The position numbers and the translations under genes were made by a program. A stretch of 64,000 nucleotides of DNA from Escherichia coli (GTDB lineage Bacteria; Pseudomonadota; Gammaproteobacteria; Enterobacterales; Enterobacteriaceae): NCBI RefSeq assembly GCF_030384885.1, contig NZ_CP128613.1. One strand, given 5' to 3'. Shown here one piece after another: positions 49,334 through 61,374 of this stretch. The stretch's first letter is position 1, and every line of letters begins with the position of its first letter. Under the pieces are notes generated by a model. It was not told the DNA's origin and made no database searches. It saw only the letters and a program-made list of their open reading frames with translations.

Positions 49334-50332
49334 ATGATGCAGGATTTGCGTCTGATATTAATCATTGTTGGCGCGATCGCCATAATCGCTTTACTGGTAC
49401 ATGGTTTCTGGACCAGCCGTAAAGAACGATCTTCTATGTTCCGCGATCGGCCATTAAAACGAATGAAGTCAAAACGTGACGACGATTCTTATGACGAGGA
49501 TGTCGAAGATGATGAGGGCGTTGGTGAGGTTCGTGTTCACCGCGTGAATCATGCCCCGGCTAACGCCCAGGAGCATGAGGCTGCTCGTCCGTCGCCGCAA
49601 CACCAGTACCAACCGCCTTATGCGTCTGCGCAGCCGCGTCAACCGGTCCAGCAGCCGCCTGAAGCGCAGGTACCGCCGCAACATGCTCCGCGTCCAACGC
49701 AGCCGGTGCAGCAACCCGTGCAGCAGCCTGCCTATCAGCCTCAGCCTGAACAGCCGTTGCAGCAGCCAGTTTCGCCACAGGTCGCGTCAGCGCCGCAGCC
49801 AGTGCATTCAGCGCCGCAACCGGCACAACAGGCTTTCCAGCCTGCAGAACCCGTAGCGGCACCACAGCCTGAGCCTGTCGCGGAACCGACTCCAGTTGTG
49901 GATAAGCCGAAGCGCAAAGAAGCAGTGATCATCATGAACGTCGCGGCGCATCACGGTAGCGAGCTAAACGGTGAACTGCTTCTTAACAGCATTCAACAAG
50001 CGGGCTTCATTTTTGGCGATATGAATATTTACCATCGTCATCTTAGCCCGGATGGCAGCGGCCCGGCGTTATTCAGCCTGGCGAATATGGTGAAACCGGG
50101 AACCTTCGATCCTGAAATGAAGGATTTCACTACTCCGGGTGTCACTATCTTTATGCAGGTACCGTCTTACGGTGACGAGCTGCAGAACTTTAAGCTGATG
50201 CTGCAATCTGCGCAGCATATTGCCGATGAAGTGGGCGGTGTAGTGCTTGACGATCAGCGCCGTATGATGACTCCGCAGAAATTGCGCGAGTACCAGGACA
50301 TCATCCGCGAAGTCAAAGACGCCAACGCCTGA
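49334..50332 (+). CDS. zipA: Cell-division protein ZipA
   Basis: Start placed at [17 protein letters not shown] (ATG 49334); N-terminal TM anchor, long P/Q-rich linker, C-terminal FtsZ-binding domain. Confidence 0.9.
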   Translation: MMQDLRLILIIVGAIAIIALLVHGFWTSRKERSSMFRDRPLKRMKSKRDDDSYDEDVEDDEGVGEVRVHRVNHAPANAQEHEAARPSPQHQYQPPYASAQPRQPVQQPPEAQVPPQHAPRPTQPVQQPVQQPAYQPQPEQPLQQPVSPQVASAPQPVHSAPQPAQQAFQPAEPVAAPQPEPVAEPTPVVDKPKRKEAVIIMNVAAHHGSELNGELLLNSIQQAGFIFGDMNIYHRHLSPDGSGPALFSLANMVKPGTFDPEMKDFTTPGVTIFMQVPSYGDELQNFKLMLQSAQHIADEVGGVVLDDQRRMMTPQKLREYQDIIREVKDANA

Positions 50333-50363
50333 TACACTTAAGGCAAATTAACTCCTCTTCGAA

Positions 50364-50385
50364 CCCCCGCTTGTCGGGGGTTTTT
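50364..50385 (+). terminator. Hairpin plus T-tract between zipA and ligA
   Basis: cccccg-cttgt-cggggg-ttttt. Confidence 0.6.
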
Positions 50386-50393
50386 AGCATTGA

Positions 50394-52418
<2,025 letters not shown>

Positions 52419-52419
52419 G

Positions 52420-52638
52420 ATGGAAAAAGAGCAGCTGATTGAAATAGCCAATACGATAATGCCGTTTGGCAAATACAAAGGGCGTCGCTTAATCGACCTG
52501 CCGGAGGAGTATCTTCTGTGGTTTGCCCGCAAAGATGAGTTCCCGGCAGGGAAGCTCGGTGAGCTAATGCAAATCACGCTGCTGATTAAAACCGAGGGGC
52601 TGACGCAACTGGTCCAGCCCCTGAAACGCCCACTTTAA
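52420..52638 (+). CDS. ypeB: Small protein YpeB (DUF3820)
   Basis: 72-aa ORF starting 2 bp after the ligA stop; MEKEQLIEIANTIMPFGKYKGRRLIDLPEEYLLWF. Confidence 0.7.
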   Translation: MEKEQLIEIANTIMPFGKYKGRRLIDLPEEYLLWFARKDEFPAGKLGELMQITLLIKTEGLTQLVQPLKRPL

Positions 52639-53633
52639 GCTTTATCGGCGCTGCTTTCCTGCTGCGCCTGTAACTGTTCGGTCTGGCGTTTGTATCGACG
52701 CGCCAGCACCGCACAGACCATCAATTGGATCTGATGGAAAATCATCAGAGGCAGCACCATCATACCGATCACCGATGTGGGGAACAGAATGTTTGCCATC
52801 GGGATGCCATTTGCCAGACTCTTTTTCGAACCACAAAAGACGATAGTAATTTCATCTGCCTTATTGAAGCCCAGTCGGCGTGCCATAAAGACGTTAACTA
52901 CAATCACGATAGCCAGAAGAACGCAGCTAACCACCACGATAAATAGCAATGATCCCCAGCCAACTTTATGCCAGATGCCGTTAACGACGGCTTCGCTGAA
53001 CGCAGTATAAACCACCAACAGAATGGACGTCTGGTCAGTTTTCGCAATCCATTTTTTATTTCGTGATACCCAGTTGCCAATCCAAGGGCGAGAAAGATGT
53101 CCCAGCACAAATGGCAGCAACAGTTGCAGCATAATTTTACCGACCTGCTCAAGGCTGCCCCCTGCACCGTGAACATTCATCACCAGACCAACCAGCAATG
53201 GTGAAAGGAAAATCCCCAGCAGGCTGGATGCTGACGCAGAACAAACCGCCGCCGCGACGTTACCGCCCGCCATTGACGTGAAGGCGATTGCAGACTGCAC
53301 GGTCGCGGGGAGAATGCACAAGTAGAGAAAACCGGAGTAGAGCATCGGGTCGACATTTACCGGTTTCCACCAGGCAAACAGCACGCCCAAAATTGGGAAC
53401 AGCACGAAGGTGCTGCACATTACCCACAAATGCAGTCGCCAATGACCACCGCCTGCAATAATCGCCTCTCGCGATAACTTCGCGCCGTGCATAAAGAACA
53501 GCAGAGCAATGGCTGCGGTAGTCAGATTTTCAAAGAAGGGAACGAAATCGCCCCTGGCCGGAAAGAAAGAGGCCAGCAACACCACCGTGATCAGGGTTAA
53601 GGTGAAAGGATCGAGGATACGAAAAAGTTTCAT
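52635..53633 (-). CDS. yfeH: Bile acid:sodium symporter-family membrane protein YfeH
   Basis: 332-aa polytopic ORF; synteny. Confidence 0.85.
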   Translation of the reverse strand: MKLFRILDPFTLTLITVVLLASFFPARGDFVPFFENLTTAAIALLFFMHGAKLSREAIIAGGGHWRLHLWVMCSTFVLFPILGVLFAWWKPVNVDPMLYSGFLYLCILPATVQSAIAFTSMAGGNVAAAVCSASASSLLGIFLSPLLVGLVMNVHGAGGSLEQVGKIMLQLLLPFVLGHLSRPWIGNWVSRNKKWIAKTDQTSILLVVYTAFSEAVVNGIWHKVGWGSLLFIVVVSCVLLAIVIVVNVFMARRLGFNKADEITIVFCGSKKSLANGIPMANILFPTSVIGMMVLPLMIFHQIQLMVCAVLARRYKRQTEQLQAQQESSADKA

Positions 53634-53722
53634 AAAGACTCCAGATGATCGATGGTTCTATTGTGCTTCTTCCAGTTTGAGAAATAAAATTGATTTATTG
53701 CATCCATTCATGAAGAAAAAAG

Positions 53723-54649
53723 ATGAATTATTCTTTAAAGCAATTAAAGGTTTTCGTCACAGTAGCGCAGGAGAAAAGTTTTAGTCGTGCAGGAGAGCGT
53801 ATCGGCCTGAGCCAGTCGGCAGTGAGTCACAGTGTGAAGGAGCTGGAAAATCATACTGGTGTTCGCCTGCTGGACAGAACCACGCGTGAAGTGGTGCTTA
53901 CAGATGCAGGGCAGCAGTTGGCTTTGCGTCTTGAGCGACTGCTGGATGAACTTAACAGCACGTTGCGCGATACCGGGCGTATGGGGCAACAACTGAGCGG
54001 AAAAGTTCGGGTCGCTGCCAGCCAGACCATTTCCGCGCATCTTATTCCGCAATGCATTGCTGAAAGCCATCGCCGCTATCCAGATATTCAGTTTGTCCTG
54101 CACGATCGTCCGCAGCAGTGGGTGATGGAAAGTATTCGCCAGGGAGATGTCGATTTTGGCATCGTCATCGATCCAGGCCCAGTGGGCGATCTGCAATGTG
54201 AAGCGATTCTTTCCGAGCCTTTCTTTCTGCTTTGCCATCGCGATAGCGCTTTGGCCGTGGAAGATTATGTACCCTGGCAAGCATTACAGGGAGCGAAATT
54301 GGTGTTGCAGGATTACGCGTCAGGCAGCCGACCGCTGATTGACGCAGCGCTGGCGCGCAATGGTATTCAGGCGAATATTGTGCAGGAGATTGGTCATCCG
54401 GCGACGCTGTTCCCGATGGTAGCCGCAGGCATCGGCATCAGTATTCTTCCCGCACTGGCGCTACCATTGCCTGAAGGTAGCCCGCTGGTGGTAAAGCGCA
54501 TTACGCCGGTGGTTGAACGCCAGTTGATGCTGGTGCGCAGGAAGAACCGTTCACTTTCCACCGCCGCTGAAGCGTTATGGGACGTAGTACGAGACCAGGG
54601 CAATGCGCTAATGGCTGGGCGGGAAGGGGATCCGTTGTATCAGATATAG
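53723..54649 (+). CDS. yfeR: LysR-family transcriptional regulator YfeR
   Basis: 308-aa ORF; N-terminal LysR HTH ([24 protein letters not shown]). Confidence 0.85.
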
Positions 54650-54687
54650 AGTGAATTCATACTGCCGGGAGCTCCGGCAGTAATCAA

Positions 54688-55452
54688 TCAAAAATTAAAT
54701 TTGATGGAGTAGATTATCGCATCCTGGTAAAAATCTTCGCCCAGTTTGTCATCCGCATAACGATACTGAATCCCTGTGGTGATGTGTGAAGTTGCATTCC
54801 ACCAAAGTGCGACGGCACCATTCAGACCTTCTTTGCCGCCATTACCTGCCGCGTAGGTGGCATCACGATCAAACTCGTACTCGTTCCAGTTGGTGAGGGT
54901 GAATTTCTCACTGCCCAGCATAAAGCTGTAACCTGCAACCCAACCGGCGACATAACCGTTATCGCCGGTATAATAGGTTTGGTCTGTATAGCGTTTTGCA
55001 AAGAACGGTTTGAACCACCAACCGCTGCCGGTGAAATTGTAGCCGATCCCGTAAAGGAACATATCGTCATGGAAATTCACACGATTCGCAGAACCGTAGG
55101 TGCCATACGCATGCAAGTAGAGATTAAATCCGGTGTCACCCAGGTAAATACGGTTGGTATTTTTAAATGTATAACGCTGCTCGCTACCCTGTTTATCATG
55201 ACGATCATTATAAAAGTTTTCCCAGTCGAAGAACCCGTACATTTCTCCCCAACTAAAGTTAGCGCCGCCTTCCAGTTCCAGATATCCAAAATCATCTTTG
55301 TGTGATTTGGTCGACGATTTCTCAGTGGTTCTGCTAGTCCAGTCAAGATAATGAATACCTATATCAGCAAAACCGCCTTTAAATTCTGCATGGGATACTG
55401 CTGGTATCGCCAATACAGAAGAGAGTGTCAGAGTAAAAAGATGTTTTTTCAT
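54688..55452 (-). CDS. yfeN: Outer-membrane beta-barrel protein YfeN (Tsx-like)
   Basis: 254-aa ORF with signal peptide and C-terminal ...KFNF; adjacent to xapAB. Confidence 0.8.
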   Translation of the reverse strand: MKKHLFTLTLSSVLAIPAVSHAEFKGGFADIGIHYLDWTSRTTEKSSTKSHKDDFGYLELEGGANFSWGEMYGFFDWENFYNDRHDKQGSEQRYTFKNTNRIYLGDTGFNLYLHAYGTYGSANRVNFHDDMFLYGIGYNFTGSGWWFKPFFAKRYTDQTYYTGDNGYVAGWVAGYSFMLGSEKFTLTNWNEYEFDRDATYAAGNGGKEGLNGAVALWWNATSHITTGIQYRYADDKLGEDFYQDAIIYSIKFNF

Positions 55453-55700
55453 AGCATAATTCCCTATGCCGATCGTTATTAGTTGATTGCTTAATAAAAA
55501 GGTTGATTAAAAGCGGCATATTGTTAATGCAAGGGAAAGGAGAGTACCAATACAGTTTTTTCAGCCTATTAATAGTGAAAAAATATAAATATATCGATAT
55601 CGAATAACTATCGGATACATGAAAAAAGTGTATTGGTATGAGGTAGGGCAATCTCGTTATAAAAAGGCGTTAGATTCCACCCTACAAAAAAAGGATATAT
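55453..55700. promoter_or_regulatory. Divergent yfeN / xapA control region (XapR-dependent xapA promoter expected)
   Basis: 248-bp AT-rich intergenic region; individual sites not resolved. Confidence 0.3.
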
Positions 55701-56534
55701 ATGTATCAGGCTCAGTTTTCTCATAACCCACTGTATTGCGTAGATATTATCAAGACTTATAAACCTGATTTCACGCCACGAGTGGCCTTTATTTTAGGTT
55801 CCGGGCTGGGCGCGCTGGCCGATCAGATTGAGAACGCGGTCGCAATTTCCTACGAAAAGCTGCCTGGGTTCCCGGTAAGTACCGTACACGGTCATGCGGG
55901 TGAGCTGGTGCTGGGTTATCTCCAGGGGGTGCCAGTGGCGTGCATGAAAGGTCGCGGACATTTCTACGAAGGTCGTGGGATGACCATCATGACGGATGCA
56001 ATCCGTACCTTTAAGTTGCTGGGCTGCGAGTTGCTGTTCTGCACCAATGCGGCTGGCTCACTGCGTCCTGAAGTGGGGGCCGGCAGTCTGGTCGCATTGA
56101 AAGATCACATCAACACCATGCCGGGAACGCCGATGGTGGGTCTTAATGATGAACGTTTTGGTGAGCGCTTCTTCTCGCTGGCGAATGCCTACGATGCGGA
56201 ATACCGCGCACTGTTACAAAAAGTGGCGAAAGAAGAGGGGTTCCCTCTGACGGAGGGCGTGTTCGTCTCGTATCCGGGGCCGAATTTCGAGACTGCGGCG
56301 GAAATTCGCATGATGCAAATTATTGGTGGGGATGTTGTTGGTATGTCTGTGGTGCCTGAGGTTATTTCAGCTCGCCATTGCGAACTTAAAGTCGTTGCGG
56401 TCTCTGCGATTACCAACATGGCGGAAGGTCTGAGTGACGTGAAGCTTTCTCATGCCCAAACGCTGGCAGCAGCGGAACTCTCAAAGCAAAACTTTATTAA
56501 TCTTATTTGCGGCTTTCTGCGCAAAATTGCCTGA
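55701..56534 (+). CDS. xapA: Xanthosine phosphorylase (purine nucleoside phosphorylase II)
   Basis: 277-aa ORF; PNP family. Confidence 0.9.
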   Translation: MYQAQFSHNPLYCVDIIKTYKPDFTPRVAFILGSGLGALADQIENAVAISYEKLPGFPVSTVHGHAGELVLGYLQGVPVACMKGRGHFYEGRGMTIMTDAIRTFKLLGCELLFCTNAAGSLRPEVGAGSLVALKDHINTMPGTPMVGLNDERFGERFFSLANAYDAEYRALLQKVAKEEGFPLTEGVFVSYPGPNFETAAEIRMMQIIGGDVVGMSVVPEVISARHCELKVVAVSAITNMAEGLSDVKLSHAQTLAAAELSKQNFINLICGFLRKIA

Positions 56535-56594
56535 GTAAAACAACAATAAACGGCCTCACTGAGTGAGGCCATATGATGCGACAAGGAAACGATT

Positions 56595-57851
56595 ATGAGC
56601 ATCGCTTTGCGCTTAAAGGTAATGTCTTTTTTGCAATATTTTATCTGGGGGAGCTGGCTGGTTACCCTCGGTTCTTACATGATTAATACCCTTCATTTCA
56701 CCGGCGCTAATGTTGGCATGGTTTACAGTTCCAAAGGGATCGCCGCGATTATTATGCCTGGTATAATGGGGATCATCGCAGACAAATGGCTGCGTGCAGA
56801 ACGTGCATACATGCTGTGTCACCTGGTGTGTGCAGGCGTACTTTTTTATGCGGCATCCGTAACTGATCCGGATATGATGTTTTGGGTGATGTTAGTCAAT
56901 GCGATGGCGTTTATGCCGACTATTGCGTTATCGAACAGCGTCTCTTATTCCTGTCTTGCCCAGGCAGGGCTTGACCCGGTGACCGCTTTCCCGCCCATTC
57001 GCGTTTTTGGTACGGTGGGGTTCATTGTCGCCATGTGGGCAGTAAGCCTGCTGCATCTGGAATTGAGTAGTCTGCAACTGTATATCGCGTCCGGTGCGTC
57101 ATTGCTGCTGTCGGCTTATGCGCTGACTTTGCCGAAGATTCCGGTTGCGGAGAAAAAAGCGACTACATCGCTTGCCAGCAAGCTGGGTCTGGATGCCTTC
57201 GTGCTGTTTAAAAATCCACGCATGGCTATCTTTTTCCTCTTCGCCATGATGCTGGGTGCGGTGCTGCAAATTACCAACGTTTTTGGCAACCCGTTCCTGC
57301 ATGATTTCGCCCGTAATCCTGAGTTTGCTGATAGCTTCGTGGTGAAATATCCGTCCATTTTACTGTCAGTTTCACAGATGGCTGAAGTCGGTTTCATTCT
57401 GACGATACCGTTCTTTTTGAAGCGTTTCGGTATTAAAACCGTCATGCTGATGAGTATGGTGGCGTGGACGCTGCGCTTTGGCTTCTTTGCCTATGGCGAT
57501 CCATCACCAACCGGGTTTATTTTGCTGTTGCTGTCGATGATTGTTTACGGTTGTGCATTCGATTTCTTCAATATTTCTGGTTCGGTCTTTGTCGAACAGG
57601 AAGTTGATTCCAGCATTCGTGCCAGCGCCCAGGGCCTTTTTATGACGATGGTAAATGGCGTCGGCGCATGGGTTGGCTCGATTCTGAGCGGTATGGCAGT
57701 GGATTACTTCTCGGTGGATGGCGTAAAAGATTGGCATACCATTTGGCTGATGTTTGCAGGGTATGCTCTTTTCCTCGCAGTGATATTTTTCTTTGGGTTT
57801 AAATATAACCATGACCCTGAAAAGATAACGCATCGTTCAGTTACACATTAA
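56595..57851 (+). CDS. xapB: Xanthosine/nucleoside:H+ symporter (MFS)
   Basis: 418-aa polytopic ORF; NHS-family sequence. Confidence 0.9.
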   Translation: MSIALRLKVMSFLQYFIWGSWLVTLGSYMINTLHFTGANVGMVYSSKGIAAIIMPGIMGIIADKWLRAERAYMLCHLVCAGVLFYAASVTDPDMMFWVMLVNAMAFMPTIALSNSVSYSCLAQAGLDPVTAFPPIRVFGTVGFIVAMWAVSLLHLELSSLQLYIASGASLLLSAYALTLPKIPVAEKKATTSLASKLGLDAFVLFKNPRMAIFFLFAMMLGAVLQITNVFGNPFLHDFARNPEFADSFVVKYPSILLSVSQMAEVGFILTIPFFLKRFGIKTVMLMSMVAWTLRFGFFAYGDPSPTGFILLLLSMIVYGCAFDFFNISGSVFVEQEVDSSIRASAQGLFMTMVNGVGAWVGSILSGMAVDYFSVDGVKDWHTIWLMFAGYALFLAVIFFFGFKYNHDPEKITHRSVTH

Positions 57852-57903
57852 AAGGATTCGCAGCTCTGTTCCTTGGGGCTGCTTTTATGATAAAGGTTAA
57901 TTA

Positions 57904-58062
57904 GTGAAAGATATTTTATTTTCTTCTGGCGTTGGTTTTGGCATTGGTGCTTTGTTTACAATCGTGCGATTACCTATTCCTGTTCCAAATGTATTGCCGG
58001 GTATATTATCCATCGTGTTTATGTATGTCGGATATCTGGTGGTGAAATACTTTATGCCATGA
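57904..58062 (+). CDS. Candidate small two-helix membrane protein (XapX-like, 52 aa)
   Basis: GTG-initiated ORF VKDILFSSGVGFGIGALFTIVRLPIPVPNVLPGILSIVFMYVGYLVVKYFMP with two hydrophobic segments, between xapB and xapR. Confidence 0.45.
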   Translation: MKDILFSSGVGFGIGALFTIVRLPIPVPNVLPGILSIVFMYVGYLVVKYFMP

Positions 58063-58102
58063 TAATTTAATACGATGTATTTTTTATATGGAGCACTTAA
58101 TT

Positions 58103-58987
58103 ATGGAACGCGTATATAGAACAGATCTTAAGTTGCTCCGTTATTTTCTTGCCGTAGCGGAAGAGTTGCATTTTGGTCGCGCAGCAGCGCGTTTAAATAT
58201 GTCTCAGCCTCCGCTCAGTATTCATATTAAAGAGCTGGAAAATCAACTCGGCACGCAGCTTTTTATTCGCCATTCGCGCAGCGTCGTACTGACACACGCG
58301 GGCAAAATCTTGATGGAAGAATCGCGTCGATTGCTGGTGAATGCAAATAATATATTGGCTCGGGTTGAACAAATAGGTCGGGGAGAAGCAGGGCGGATTG
58401 AACTCGGGGTTGTGGGAACGGCAATGTGGGGACGGATGCGCCCGGTTATGCGGCGATTCCTTAGAGAAAATCCTAACGTTGAAGTTCTGTTTCGCGAAAA
58501 GATGCCCGCGATGCAAATGGCCTTGCTGGAACGCCGCGAACTTGATGCCGGGATCTGGCGAATGGCGACAGAACCACCGACTGGTTTTACCAGCTTACGG
58601 TTGCATGAATCGGCGTTTCTGGTGGCGATGCCTGAAGAGCATCATCTCTCATCATTTTCCACCGTCCCGCTGGAAGCGCTACGTGACGAGTATTTCGTTA
58701 CAATGCCGCCCGTGTACACTGACTGGGATTTTTTGCAGCGAGTTTGCCAGCAGGTGGGATTTTCACCGGTTGTTATTCGCGAAGTTAATGAACCGCAAAC
58801 GGTACTCGCCATGGTCAGTATGGGTATTGGTATCACATTGATAGCGGACAGCTACGCGCAGATGAACTGGCCCGGTGTCATATTCCGTCCGCTCAAAGAA
58901 CGCATCCCGGCAGACTTATATATTGTTTATGAAACGCAGCAGGTGACGCCCGCGCTGGTTAAACTGCTGGCGGCGTTGGCGCAGTAG
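58103..58987 (+). CDS. xapR: LysR-family activator of xapAB
   Basis: Start placed at MERVYRTDLKLLRYF (ATG 58103); LysR HTH; synteny. Confidence 0.85.
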   Translation: MERVYRTDLKLLRYFLAVAEELHFGRAAARLNMSQPPLSIHIKELENQLGTQLFIRHSRSVVLTHAGKILMEESRRLLVNANNILARVEQIGRGEAGRIELGVVGTAMWGRMRPVMRRFLRENPNVEVLFREKMPAMQMALLERRELDAGIWRMATEPPTGFTSLRLHESAFLVAMPEEHHLSSFSTVPLEALRDEYFVTMPPVYTDWDFLQRVCQQVGFSPVVIREVNEPQTVLAMVSMGIGITLIADSYAQMNWPGVIFRPLKERIPADLYIVYETQQVTPALVKLLAALAQ

Positions 58988-59056
58988 ATGAGAGGCACGG
59001 GAACTGCCGGACATAGTTGGTCTGATAAGCGAAGCGCATCAGGCAATTTCGCAAAT

Positions 59057-59113
59057 TGCAGATAGCAAAAAAGCGCCTTTAGGGCGCTTTTTTACATTGG
59101 TGGGTCGTGCAGG
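59057..59113 (-). repeat. 57-bp direct-repeat copy: terminator hairpin plus the 3'-terminal 16 nt of tRNA-Lys (partner copy at 59213-59269)
   Basis: Identical 57-mer gcagatagcaaaaaagcgcctttagggcgcttttttacattggtgggtcgtgcagga at both positions. Confidence 0.85.
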
Positions 59114-59253
59114 ATGACTCGCTTCGCTCGCCCTTCGGGCCGTCGCCGCGAGCGGCTCCGTTGTTTCGCTGCGCTCAACTCGAACCTGCTGCAGGTTCGA
59201 ATCTTTGAGTATCGCAGATAGCAAAAAAGCGCCTTTAGGGCGCTTTTTTACAT

Positions 59254-59329
59254 TGGTGGGTCGTGCAGGATTCGAACCTGCGACCAATTGATTAAAAGTC
59301 AACTGCTCTACCAACTGAGCTAACGACCC
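59254..59329 (-). tRNA. lysV: tRNA-Lys (anticodon UUU)
   Basis: Reverse complement matches GGGTCGTTAGCTCAGTTGGTAGAGCAGTTGACTTTTAATCAATTGGTCGCAGGTTCGAATCCTGCACGACCCACCA. Confidence 0.95.
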
Positions 59330-59333
59330 GAAG

Positions 59334-59409
59334 TGGTGGGTGATGACGGGATCGAACCGCCGACCCCCTCCTTGTAAGGGAGGTGCTCTCCCAGCTGAGC
59401 TAATCACCC
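59334..59409 (-). tRNA. valY: tRNA-Val (anticodon UAC)
   Basis: Reverse complement matches GGGTGATTAGCTCAGCTGGGAGAGCACCTCCCTTACAAGGAGGGGGTCGGCGGTTCGATCCCGTCATCACCCACCA; gene name by position. Confidence 0.95.
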
Positions 59410-59455
59410 ACTTCGGTACTTCACATTTTTACAAGAAATCTAGCTGGCGAGAAAG

Positions 59456-59531
59456 TGGTGGGTGATGACGGGATCGAACCGCCGACCCCCTCCTTGTAAG
59501 GGAGGTGCTCTCCCAGCTGAGCTAATCACCC
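59456..59531 (-). tRNA. valX: tRNA-Val (anticodon UAC)
   Basis: Identical 76-nt tRNA-Val sequence; gene name by position. Confidence 0.95.
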
Positions 59532-59574
59532 ACTTCTCAATTTCTTGCTACACGGCGGAGACTACATAAGTAGT

Positions 59575-59650
59575 TGGTGGGTGATGACGGGATCGAACCG
59601 CCGACCCCCTCCTTGTAAGGGAGGTGCTCTCCCAGCTGAGCTAATCACCC
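59575..59650 (-). tRNA. valU: tRNA-Val (anticodon UAC)
   Basis: Identical 76-nt tRNA-Val sequence; gene name by position. Confidence 0.95.
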
Positions 59651-59908
59651 CCGCTGTGTGGAGTCGCATTATAGGGAGAGTTCAAAATGAGTCAACGCAT
59701 TTTCTAAAGAAATTGTTCGTTCGTCGTAAATTTAAGCAAGATGATCGCAAAACAGACCGTGTTGCGCAATTTCTCAACGAAAACAATAATGCATCATGTA
59801 GCAACCCGAACTACATTGAGGAATCAGGCGGGAGTGATAGAATATCGCCCACTCAATTTTTCCAGGATTTGCCGGTTGTCGGCATCTTTCTAAACGTAAG
59901 GCCATTTC

Positions 59909-61324
59909 ATGAAAATCAAAACTCGCTTCGCGCCAAGCCCAACAGGCTATCTGCACGTTGGCGGCGCGCGTACTGCTCTTTACTCCTGGCTTTTTGCACG
60001 TAACCACGGCGGTGAGTTCGTGCTGCGTATTGAAGACACCGATCTTGAGCGTTCCACGCCGGAAGCTATCGAAGCCATTATGGATGGTATGAACTGGCTG
60101 AGCCTGGAGTGGGATGAAGGTCCGTACTTCCAGACCAAACGTTTTGATCGCTACAACGCGGTGATCGATCAGATGCTGGAAGAGGGCACAGCTTATAAAT
60201 GCTATTGCTCTAAAGAGCGCCTGGAAGCGCTGCGTGAAGAGCAAATGGCAAAAGGTGAGAAACCACGTTATGACGGTCGTTGCCGCCACAGCCATGAGCA
60301 TCACGCTGATGATGAACCGTGCGTTGTACGTTTTGCTAACCCGCAGGAAGGTTCCGTTGTTTTTGACGATCAGATCCGTGGTCCGATCGAGTTCAGCAAC
60401 CAGGAGCTTGATGATCTGATTATCCGTCGTACCGATGGTTCCCCGACCTATAACTTCTGTGTGGTTGTCGATGACTGGGATATGGAAATCACCCACGTTA
60501 TCCGTGGCGAAGACCATATCAACAACACGCCACGCCAGATCAACATTCTTAAAGCCCTGAAAGCGCCGGTACCGGTTTACGCGCACGTTTCTATGATCAA
60601 CGGCGATGACGGTAAAAAACTGTCCAAACGTCACGGGGCGGTCAGCGTAATGCAGTATCGTGATGATGGTTATCTGCCTGAAGCACTGCTGAACTATCTG
60701 GTGCGTCTGGGCTGGTCCCACGGCGATCAGGAAATCTTCACTCGTGAAGAGATGATTAAATACTTCACTCTGAATGTCGTCAGCAAATCTGCCAGTGCGT
60801 TCAACACCGACAAGCTGCTGTGGCTGAACCATCACTACATTAACGCGTTGCCGCCGGAGTATGTTGCTACTCATTTACAGTGGCACATTGAGCAGGAAAA
60901 TATCGATACCCGTAACGGCCCGCAGCTGGCTGATCTGGTGAAACTGCTGGGCGAACGCTGCAAGACGCTGAAAGAGATGGCTCAGAGCTGCCGTTATTTC
61001 TACGAAGATTTTGCTGAGTTCGATGCCGACGCCGCGAAAAAACATCTGCGTCCGGTAGCGCGTCAGCCGCTGGAAGTGGTTCGTGACAAACTGGCCGCGA
61101 TTACTGACTGGACCGCTGAAAACGTTCATCACGCTATTCAGGCGACGGCGGATGAGCTGGAAGTGGGTATGGGCAAAGTTGGTATGCCGCTGCGTGTCGC
61201 CGTAACCGGTGCGGGGCAATCTCCGGCACTGGATGTTACCGTTCACGCAATCGGTAAGACCCGCAGTATCGAGCGTATCAACAAAGCGCTGGCTTTTATT
61301 GCGGAACGCGAAAATCAGCAGTAA
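59909..61324 (+). CDS. gltX: Glutamyl-tRNA synthetase
   Basis: 471-aa [33 protein letters not shown]; class I HIGH-type and KMSKS-type (KLSKR) motifs. Confidence 0.95.
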   Translation: MKIKTRFAPSPTGYLHVGGARTALYSWLFARNHGGEFVLRIEDTDLERSTPEAIEAIMDGMNWLSLEWDEGPYFQTKRFDRYNAVIDQMLEEGTAYKCYCSKERLEALREEQMAKGEKPRYDGRCRHSHEHHADDEPCVVRFANPQEGSVVFDDQIRGPIEFSNQELDDLIIRRTDGSPTYNFCVVVDDWDMEITHVIRGEDHINNTPRQINILKALKAPVPVYAHVSMINGDDGKKLSKRHGAVSVMQYRDDGYLPEALLNYLVRLGWSHGDQEIFTREEMIKYFTLNVVSKSASAFNTDKLLWLNHHYINALPPEYVATHLQWHIEQENIDTRNGPQLADLVKLLGERCKTLKEMAQSCRYFYEDFAEFDADAAKKHLRPVARQPLEVVRDKLAAITDWTAENVHHAIQATADELEVGMGKVGMPLRVAVTGAGQSPALDVTVHAIGKTRSIERINKALAFIAERENQQ

Positions 61325-61343
61325 TTAGCGCATAAAAGATAAA

Positions 61344-61372
61344 CGGCAGGAGAGATACCCCTGCCGTTTTTT
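61344..61372. terminator. Bidirectional terminator between gltX and yfeD
   Basis: cggcagg-agagatacc-cctgccg-tttttt. Confidence 0.75.
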
Positions 61373-61374
61373 AT

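Noticed and set aside
49469-49935. Several overlapping 60-100-aa ORFs on both strands
   Set aside because: They arise from the repetitive Pro/Gln-rich linker-coding region of zipA.
54663-54680. Palindrome ctgccgg-gagctc-ccggcag between yfeR and yfeN as a terminator
   Set aside because: There is no adjacent T-tract on either strand, so I left it unannotated; it may be a weak structure or binding site.
59039-59407. 122-aa ORF on the - strand in the ORF track
   Set aside because: It lies entirely over the lysV and valY tRNA genes and their terminators, so it is a spurious frame.
59545-60003. 152-aa ORF on the + strand in the ORF track
   Set aside because: It is antisense to valU and runs into the gltX start; gltX begins at 59909 with the canonical [19 protein letters not shown].
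59774-60874. 366-aa - strand ORF
   Set aside because: Antisense within gltX.
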